This document shows, piece after piece, positions 57,121 through 64,000 of a stretch of 64,000 bases of DNA (its first letter is position 1; the number at the start of each line of letters is the position of its first letter). The DNA lies in the NCBI GenBank assembly GCA_937907475.1, contig CALCIK010000228.1:5050-69049 (forward strand). The letters run 5' to 3'. Both the position numbers and the translations under genes were made by a program. The notes beneath the pieces were generated by a model. It ran no database searches. It saw only the letters and a list, made by a program, of their open reading frames with translations, and had not been told where the DNA came from. This DNA is from an uncultured Bacteroidota bacterium. Lineage in GTDB: Bacteria > Bacteroidota > Bacteroidia > Chitinophagales > UBA2359.

Positions 57121-58254
57121 ATGAAACAGTCTATTCTTATTACCACCATAAGTTTTATTTTGTTGTTTTTTGCAGCCTGCCAAGCCACTAACGGCGATAA
57201 AGCGACTGAATTAAAAACGCTAAAAGAACAGCAAAATAAATTGAACGAACAAATTGCCGCCCTTGAACAAGAAGTAGGCGGAAACGGCACTTCCGTAGCA
57301 CAACCTTCTAAAGAAACAGCTGTGGAAGTCGTAGAACTACGCCCCCGCCCCTTTAACCACTTTTTAGAAGTTCAGGGAAAAGTAGAGTGTAGCGACAACA
57401 TAGCGGTAAGCCCCAAGCAACCCGGAATTATGACCCAAGTATTTGTAGTAAGAGGTCAATCTGTCTCTAAAGGCGATATTTTGGGCACGCTTGACGATGC
57501 TGTTTTTCAACAGAGTCTTCAAGAGCTACAAACCAATATCTCATTTGCCCGAACGATTTTCGAAAAACAAAAAGCGTTGTGGGATCAAAAAATAGGTACG
57601 GAAGTTCAGTACCTGACCGCTAAAAACAACGTGGAAACCTTAGAGTATAAAATGGCTACGTTGCAAAAACAAGCCGATTTATATAATGTGCGCGCACCGA
57701 TAAGCGGCACAGTAGAAGAGGTAAACATCAAAGTAGGCGAGGGCGCGATGATTGGTTCGCCGGTACCACCCTTTAGAATTGTGAACCTTGGCAACATGAA
57801 AGTGTTGGCAGACTTGGCCGAAACTTATGTCAGCAAAGTAAAGGTAGGCGATAATGCCGAAGTATTTTTACCCGATTTGGGCAAAACCGTTAATTGTAAA
57901 ATAAAAACCATCGGGAATATCATTAGCAATGCCGGCAGAACCTTTCAGGTAGAACTTAAACTACCAAACATTTCCGGTATTAGGACAAATATGGTAGCCA
58001 TGGTGAAAATACAGGATTATGCAGTAGGCAGTGCTATTGTTGCACCTATCAATGCCATTCAAAATTCAGATGAAGGGAACTATGTGTTTGTTGCCGAAAA
58101 AGCCGATGGCAAGTTTGTGGCAAAAAGACAAATCATCGAGATGGGTATTGCGGGCGGCAACGAAGTTGAAGTAAAAAGCGGCTTAAAATCAGGCGATATG
58201 CTGATAACTACCGGATACCAAGACCTCAATACCGGTCAGTTGGTCAAGTTTTAA
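57121..58254 (+). CDS. RND efflux periplasmic adaptor (lipoprotein)
   Basis: Lipobox FFAAC; VRAPISGTV; EVKSGLKSGD.LIT.G. Confidence 0.92.
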   Translation: MKQSILITTISFILLFFAACQATNGDKATELKTLKEQQNKLNEQIAALEQEVGGNGTSVAQPSKETAVEVVELRPRPFNHFLEVQGKVECSDNIAVSPKQPGIMTQVFVVRGQSVSKGDILGTLDDAVFQQSLQELQTNISFARTIFEKQKALWDQKIGTEVQYLTAKNNVETLEYKMATLQKQADLYNVRAPISGTVEEVNIKVGEGAMIGSPVPPFRIVNLGNMKVLADLAETYVSKVKVGDNAEVFLPDLGKTVNCKIKTIGNIISNAGRTFQVELKLPNISGIRTNMVAMVKIQDYAVGSAIVAPINAIQNSDEGNYVFVAEKADGKFVAKRQIIEMGIAGGNEVEVKSGLKSGDMLITTGYQDLNTGQLVKF

Positions 58255-58383
58255 CGGTCAATACCGAGTATTACATTTGTAGAAAAGCACTTCTTTATTT
58301 TGCCCTACTGTTTCTGTCGGGCAAAAGAGTAGCAGTAATGTCATCAACTATTCATTGCTTAACACACACCTCTCAAGATATAT

Positions 58384-61300
58384 ATGAAACCCTTCAAAGA
58401 GTTTGGACCCACAAGTTGGTCTATAGATAATAAAACCAGTATTTTTGTAGTAACGGCAATCTTAACCATTTTCGGTATTTCCACTTATTTCAGTCTGCCC
58501 AAAAACCAATTTCCGGATATTGTCATACCCACCATGTATGTCAGCACCATCTACCCGGGCACTTCGCCGGCAGATATGGAAAACTTGGTTACCCGCCCTA
58601 TAGAAAAGCAAATCAAATCTATTGCCGGTGTAAAAAAGATAACGAGCAACTCCATTCAAGATTTCTCGAATGTGGTGGTGGAGTTTAACACCGATGTCAA
58701 GGTTGATGCCGCCAAACAAAAGGTAAAAGATGCCGTTGACCGTGCCGCAACCAATCTGCCTAAGGACTTGCCTAATGCCCCAACAGTATTGGAAGTAGAT
58801 TTTTCGGAAATCCCGATTATGAACATTAACATATCGGGGGAGTTCGACCTCATCAAGCTGAAAAACTACGCCGAAGACATTAAAGACGAAATTGAGCAGT
58901 TAAAACAGATTACCCGCGTGGATATGGTGGGTGCTTTGGAACGCGAAATCCAAATCAACGTGGATATGTTTAAACTGCAAAGTGCCAATGTTACCTTTGG
59001 TGATATTGAGCGGGCGGTTTCAACCGAAAACATGACCATCTCAGGCGGTTTGATTAACATGACCGACATGAAACGGGCACTTCGCGTAAAAGGGCAGTTT
59101 AGCAATGCGATGCAAATAGGCGATATAGTGGTCAAAAGCATGACCGGTACGCCGGTCTATCTCAAAGATATTGCAGAAATAAACGACACTTTTAAAGAGA
59201 AAGAAAGTTTTGCCAGATACAACGGCAAGAACGTGATTACCTTAAATGTTATCAAACGCAGCGGTGAAAACTTAGTGGAGGCATCAGACAAAATACATGC
59301 CTTGGTAGATAAACTCAAATCAGAAAAATTCCCCTCCGAATTGAACGTTACGATTACTGCCGACCAATCGGAACAAACCCGCACAACCTTAAACGACCTG
59401 ATTAACTCCATCATCATTGGGTTTATATTGGTTACCATTGTCTTGATGTTTTTCATGGGGGTAACCAATGCATTTTTTGTGGGCTTGTCTGTTCCGTTGT
59501 CTATCTTTTTGGCGTTTATCGTGATGCCAACTATTGGGTTTGAGTTAAACATGATTGTGCTTTTTGCCCTGCTTTTTGCGTTGGGCATTATTGTAGATGA
59601 CGCGATTGTGGTGATAGAAAACACCTATCGCCTTTATAAAAACGGGCAAATTCCGATTATTACCGCCGCTAAAATGGCAGCAGGTGAAGTTTTTGTGCCC
59701 GTTTTAGCAGGCACGCTCACCACGCTCGCCCCTTTTGTGCCTTTGGCATTTTGGGGCGGAATAGTGGGTAAGTTTATGATGTATTTGCCCATTACCCTCA
59801 TTCTTACCTTAGTGGCTTCGTTGATTGTGGCGTTTATCATCAACCCTGTGTTTGCAGCAACTTTTATGAAGCCCGAAATCTTGCACCCCACTCCCGAGGA
59901 AAGGCGCAAGCGAACCCGTTCATTTATTACGACTGCCATAGTCATGGCCATTGTTGCCGGCATCTCTTATTTGATTGCTCCTAAAGGGGTGGGCAACTTT
60001 TTTGCTATTGCTTTAGTACTGTACCTTTCTTACAAACTCTTTATCAAGTATTTGGTCATCGGGTTCGAACATAAAGTGCTTCCTGTTTTAATGGATGCCT
60101 ACGAATCAGTATTAATTTTTCTGCTCAAATCGTGGCGACCTTATGCCATGCTGTTCTTCACGATATTTTTACTTTTTTTCTCTTTCTACCTGATAGGTGT
60201 TAGAACGCCACCAATAGAGTTTTTTCCAAAAGGCGACCCCAACTACATCTATGTGTATATGAATTTGCCGGTAGGAACGAACCAAAACTATACCGACTCT
60301 ATTACTCAATTGGTTGAAAAGAAGGTAGAAAAAATAATGGGCAAAGACAACCCTATTGTTGAAGCCATCAGCAGTAATGTCGCCGTAGGTGCAGGAGACC
60401 CTTCAAGTGGCGACCGTAGTGCCGCCTCCAACCGTAGCAAGGTGAGTGTCTCTTTTGTGAAATTTGCAGAGCGTCAAGGTCAATCTACACAGGATTATAT
60501 GGACAAAATAAGGGCGGAGGTAAAAGATATGCCCGGCGTTCAGGTAACAGTGGATCAGGAACGAAACGGTCCTCCTACCGGTGCACCCATCAATATAGAA
60601 ATCAGCGGAGAAAACTTAGAGGAATTGGTAGATGCATCCGCTCGATTTAAATACTATTTGCAAGACTCCCTTCAAATTCCGGGTATAGAAGAATTGAAAT
60701 CAGACTTTGTTAACAACAACCCCGAAATTATCGTCAGTGTCAACCGCGAGCGCGCCAATCGCGAAGGAGTTTCTACAGCCTTTATCGGTTCTGAACTTCG
60801 AACCGCTGTTTTCGGCAAAGAGGTATCTAAGTTTAAAGACAACGAAGACGAGTATCCCATTCAGTTGCGCTATAAATACGACCAACGAAACGATATTGAT
60901 GCGCTTCTTAACACCAAACTGACTTTCCGTTCCGAAACAGGGCAAGTCAAAAACCTCCCTTTGGCCGCCGTAGCAGATGTGAAATATACAAGTACTTACG
61001 GGGGGATTAAACGCAAAAACCTCAAACGGGTAATTACACTCAGCTCAAATGTTTTGAGTGGCTATACGGCAAACGAGGTAAACGAAACCATCCAAAAAGC
61101 GGCAACTAAATTTACCCTCCCTAAAGGTATAGACGTTAGCTTTACCGGTGAACAGGAAGAACAAGCCGAAACCTCTGCCTTTTTAATGCGCTCACTGTTG
61201 ATTTCCTTGGGGTTGATTTTCCTCATTTTGGTAACGCAGTTTAATTCGATAAGTAAAACCGTCATCATCCTTAGCGAAATCATTTTCAGTATTACCGGTG

Positions 61301-61800
61301 TTCTGTTGGGTTTCAGCTTTTTCAATATGACCATTTCCATCGTCATGGTGGGGATTGGAATTGTCGGATTGGCGGGAATTGTGGTCAAGAACGGAATTCT
61401 CATCGTTGAGTTTGCCGATTTGATGCGAGAAAAGGGAATTGGACTACATCAGTCGGTGGCATTGGCTGGAAAAATTAGGATAAAACCGGTATTGCTGACT
61501 GCTGCTTCTACAACACTAGGTTTAATTCCCTTAGCATTAGGAATGAATATCAATTTCTATACCCTCTTTACCGACCTCAACCCGCAGTTTTTCTTAGGCG
61601 GCGATAGCGTGGTATTTTGGGGACCTCTATCTTGGACTATTATCTTTGGACTAACCTTTGCTACTTTTCTTACTCTATTAGTCTTGCCGGCAATGTATGC
61701 CATTCGATACGACCTAGGAGAAAAATATCATAATCGGTTTGGTAAAAAAGCAACTGCAATAGAAACCGAAACTCCGGCAGAAACTGTTCCATTTGTATAA
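58384..61800 (+). CDS. RND efflux permease (AcrB/AcrD/AcrF family)
   Basis: YPGTSPADME, GIIVDDAIVVIEN, GIVVKNGILIVEF, RIKPVLLTA. Confidence 0.95.
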   Translation: MKPFKEFGPTSWSIDNKTSIFVVTAILTIFGISTYFSLPKNQFPDIVIPTMYVSTIYPGTSPADMENLVTRPIEKQIKSIAGVKKITSNSIQDFSNVVVEFNTDVKVDAAKQKVKDAVDRAATNLPKDLPNAPTVLEVDFSEIPIMNINISGEFDLIKLKNYAEDIKDEIEQLKQITRVDMVGALEREIQINVDMFKLQSANVTFGDIERAVSTENMTISGGLINMTDMKRALRVKGQFSNAMQIGDIVVKSMTGTPVYLKDIAEINDTFKEKESFARYNGKNVITLNVIKRSGENLVEASDKIHALVDKLKSEKFPSELNVTITADQSEQTRTTLNDLINSIIIGFILVTIVLMFFMGVTNAFFVGLSVPLSIFLAFIVMPTIGFELNMIVLFALLFALGIIVDDAIVVIENTYRLYKNGQIPIITAAKMAAGEVFVPVLAGTLTTLAPFVPLAFWGGIVGKFMMYLPITLILTLVASLIVAFIINPVFAATFMKPEILHPTPEERRKRTRSFITTAIVMAIVAGISYLIAPKGVGNFFAIALVLYLSYKLFIKYLVIGFEHKVLPVLMDAYESVLIFLLKSWRPYAMLFFTIFLLFFSFYLIGVRTPPIEFFPKGDPNYIYVYMNLPVGTNQNYTDSITQLVEKKVEKIMGKDNPIVEAISSNVAVGAGDPSSGDRSAASNRSKVSVSFVKFAERQGQSTQDYMDKIRAEVKDMPGVQVTVDQERNGPPTGAPINIEISGENLEELVDASARFKYYLQDSLQIPGIEELKSDFVNNNPEIIVSVNRERANREGVSTAFIGSELRTAVFGKEVSKFKDNEDEYPIQLRYKYDQRNDIDALLNTKLTFRSETGQVKNLPLAAVADVKYTSTYGGIKRKNLKRVITLSSNVLSGYTANEVNETIQKAATKFTLPKGIDVSFTGEQEEQAETSAFLMRSLLISLGLIFLILVTQFNSISKTVIILSEIIFSITGVLLGFSFFNMTISIVMVGIGIVGLAGIVVKNGILIVEFADLMREKGIGLHQSVALAGKIRIKPVLLTAASTTLGLIPLALGMNINFYTLFTDLNPQFFLGGDSVVFWGPLSWTIIFGLTFATFLTLLVLPAMYAIRYDLGEKYHNRFGKKATAIETETPAETVPFV

Positions 61801-61830
61801 ATCGGTAAAAACAGTAACCTTAAACATCAT

Positions 61831-61873
61831 AAAAAAACGCTGACAGGAAATATTACCTTGTCAGCGTTTTTTT
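61831..61873. terminator. Bidirectional intrinsic terminator
   Basis: aaaaaaacgctgaca...tgtcagcgttttttt between convergent genes. Confidence 0.88.
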
Positions 61874-61886
61874 TTATTGCTTTGTT

Positions 61887-62267
61887 TCAGTCGTCTTCTT
61901 CATTTTCATCCTCTTTACTGTCGGTATGTTTTGATGATTTGGAAGTTCTGCCGGAGGTAACACCAAGGTAAGTTTCCAAGGTTAGTAATAGGTTGATGAA
62001 TAAATCGCTGATTTGTTTCATCAACATCGCCCTTTTGCGTTTGCGTTTGGCAATAGCTTTCAAATCATCCTCACCGGCTTCGCCCGATGCTAAAACGGCA
62101 TTATCATCTACCGAATCCCAAAACATGCGACTGGCGTATTGAATCGGACTAAAAGCTGCTTTCAGTTGTAGCAGGCTTTTTTGGATTTCCAACTCCTGTT
62201 CTTTCATTTTAAGTTTCAGGCGTTGCTTTTCGAGATCTAGCTTATAGGCGTTTCTGCTTTTAATCAT
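61887..62267 (-). CDS. Hypothetical protein (third gene of the YtxH operon)
   Basis: LEKQRLKLKMKEQELEI coiled coil; overlaps the upstream gene. Confidence 0.6.
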   Translation of the reverse strand: MIKSRNAYKLDLEKQRLKLKMKEQELEIQKSLLQLKAAFSPIQYASRMFWDSVDDNAVLASGEAGEDDLKAIAKRKRKRAMLMKQISDLFINLLLTLETYLGVTSGRTSKSSKHTDSKEDENEEDD

Positions 62268-62733
62268 TTTTTTCGTTTTCTTCGATGCTTTCTAAAATAA
62301 AGGCAAAGAAACGGTGGTCAATAAACCGCTTGATGCGTTTCCAAAACAGGATGATAATGAGGGTGAACAACAGATAAGAACCTGCAAAAATCCCAAATCC
62401 TAAAGGCAAAGACTGGAACACATGTGCTATCAAAATAGCCACAAATATATTGGCAAACAGGAATGTGAAAAACAAAAACAAAATGATAATCACCGACAAC
62501 AGGATGAAAGAGGAGGTAGATGCCGCTTTCTCTAATCCGCTGATGCGATAGTATTCTAGGCGCAATTCAACATACTTATGTACATCTTTTATCAGTTGCT
62601 CTGCTGCCGATAAATTTCCTGTTTCCAAACTTTTTGATTTTTGTTGAGGGTTAAAACAATACGAAACTAAAAGAACATTCGGAAAGGGTAAGACTTTGAG
62701 TGCAGGAATATTTATACCGAAAACACCAATCAT
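62260..62733 (-). CDS. Phage-holin-3.6/YqjE-like membrane protein
   Basis: KYVELRLEYY..SGLEK followed by two TM helices; start uncertain. Confidence 0.7.
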   Translation of the reverse strand: MIGVFGINIPALKVLPFPNVLLVSYCFNPQQKSKSLETGNLSAAEQLIKDVHKYVELRLEYYRISGLEKAASTSSFILLSVIIILFLFFTFLFANIFVAILIAHVFQSLPLGFGIFAGSYLLFTLIIILFWKRIKRFIDHRFFAFILESIEENEKND

Positions 62734-62932
62734 ACCATTCCCTAAATATCTGTTTCAAAACACCAATCTACAACATAAAGACATGTTTCGATTTCAGGGA
62801 TGAAACCGATGTATGTTGTAATTTGATTAGTTGCTAATCTTAAAACATGGTCGGAAAAAATACGACCATACTTCGTTTTTAGCTCGACCATCAATATGCT
62901 TAAACGAAGGTCAAACGTTGACCCCTGCCCTA

Positions 62933-63202
62933 TTAAGCATTTGCACCGGTGATGGTATCTACATCTAACTTGCCATTACCGTTCATTTGTTTAGCGGCAT
63001 CTTCGGCAAGTTCTTCGACCGATACTTTCCAATCATTCAGTGCATCCATGCTTTTCTCAGCTTTGGCTTCCAACTCTAAACGAATTTTTTTAGCCTGACG
63101 AAGTAATCTCTTACGGGTTTTTTTACCGCTTTGTGGTGCAAACAACATGGCTACGGCAAAACCCATAGCAAAAACAAATAAAAACCAAATTAACTTTCTC
63201 AT
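62933..63202 (-). CDS. YtxH domain protein
   Basis: AMLFAPQSGKKTRKRL motif. Confidence 0.88.
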   Translation of the reverse strand: MRKLIWFLFVFAMGFAVAMLFAPQSGKKTRKRLLRQAKKIRLELEAKAEKSMDALNDWKVSVEELAEDAAKQMNGNGKLDVDTITGANA

Positions 63203-63422
63203 GATTTAACTTTTCTTAGAGTAATTTTAAAAATAAAGAATAATGCAAAGTTAATAATAAACATCCAAAATGGAACTATTTTGGCAAACAGTTTTCTGAA
63301 CACCTCAACTTATCAACTGATGTAAGTTTTGGACTGTTTAATTCACTTATATAACAATCGAATTTACCCTCCTTTAGTTTATACGGCATTATTGCATTTA
63401 CAATGTTTATCTACTTGATACT

Positions 63423-64000
63423 ATGGATTTATTGGTGATAGAGAACGTGGTGAAGGTCTTTGGAAATACAAATGCGGTGGATCATATTAGCCTGCGTGTA
63501 CCCGAACAAACTATTTTCGGGCTTTTAGGTCCTAACGGGGCGGGTAAAACAACCCTCATTCGAATGATTACCGATATTCTTTACCAAGATAGTGGGACTA
63601 TCCGGCTAAACAATATACCCGATAACTCTGAGAGGAGTCTTTTCATTGGGTATATGCCCGAAGAGCGAGGGTTATACAAAAAGATGAAAGTGGGCGAACA
63701 CCTGCTTTATTTGGCACAACTTAAAAACCTTTCGGCAAAACAGGCTAAAGAAAAGCTCCAATATTGGTCAGAAAAATTTGCCATTACCGATTGGTGGAAC
63801 AAACAGGTGGGCGAACTTTCTAAAGGAATGCAACAAAAAGTGCAATTTATTGCAACGGTTATTCACGAACCTAAGCTCATCATTCTCGATGAGCCATTTT
63901 CGGGATTAGATCCCATCAATACCAACCTCATCAAAGACGAAATTTACAATCTTAAACAAAACGGCGCGACCATTCTTTTTTCGACCCACCGAATGGAACA
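63423..64000 (+). CDS. ABC transporter ATP-binding protein, 3'-truncated by window edge
   Basis: Manual translation: GLLGPNGAGKTT, IGYMPEERGLY, LSKGMQQK, ILDEPFSGLDP, FSTH. Confidence 0.93.
   Translation, partial: MDLLVIENVVKVFGNTNAVDHISLRVPEQTIFGLLGPNGAGKTTLIRMITDILYQDSGTIRLNNIPDNSERSLFIGYMPEERGLYKKMKVGEHLLYLAQLKNLSAKQAKEKLQYWSEKFAITDWWNKQVGELSKGMQQKVQFIATVIHEPKLIILDEPFSGLDPINTNLIKDEIYNLKQNGATILFSTHRME

Noticed and set aside
62260-62733. Holin as evidence of a prophage
   Set aside because: It sits in a YtxH / YqjE-like / hypothetical housekeeping-type operon with no phage genes nearby.
1-64000. tRNA, rRNA or intact IS transposase
   Set aside because: No cloverleaf, rRNA-like sequence or DDE/Y1/serine recombinase ORF was recognised by inspection. 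tRNAscan, Infernal or ISEScan would be needed to be certain.

Overview
A 64-kb chromosomal segment of a Bacteroidota genome. The assignment rests on TAnnTTTG -7 promoter elements upstream of many genes, two T9SS C-terminal sorting domains and A-rich translation starts. Most of the window is housekeeping or transport: UbiA-like prenyltransferase, rlmN, ruvB, SPOR proteins, pabB, hemA, GCS2-CBS, recQ, sulfotransferase, SulP, Ktr/Trk, a TetR-TolC-MFP-RND operon, a YtxH/holin-like operon and an ABC ATPase. It also holds a giant (~3440 aa) T9SS-secreted surface protein and a lipoprotein cluster. The first 7 kb is the standout and looks like an inflammasome/pyroptosis-like defence locus. A 5'-truncated Roco protein (Roc GTPase-COR-TIR-CHAT caspase-like protease with intact His/Cys dyad) is translationally coupled (ATGA overlap) to a 269-aa bacterial gasdermin that has no cysteine. 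A relic EAD11-like adaptor follows, then a tandem paralogue LRR(~18)-Roc-COR-TIR that lacks the protease. Both TIR domains have His in place of the catalytic Glu and share an almost identical DNA tract, which suggests TIR-TIR scaffolding rather than NADase activity. All family calls come from motif recognition and recalled consensus sequences; no database search was run. No rRNA, tRNA, CRISPR array or intact transposase was seen.
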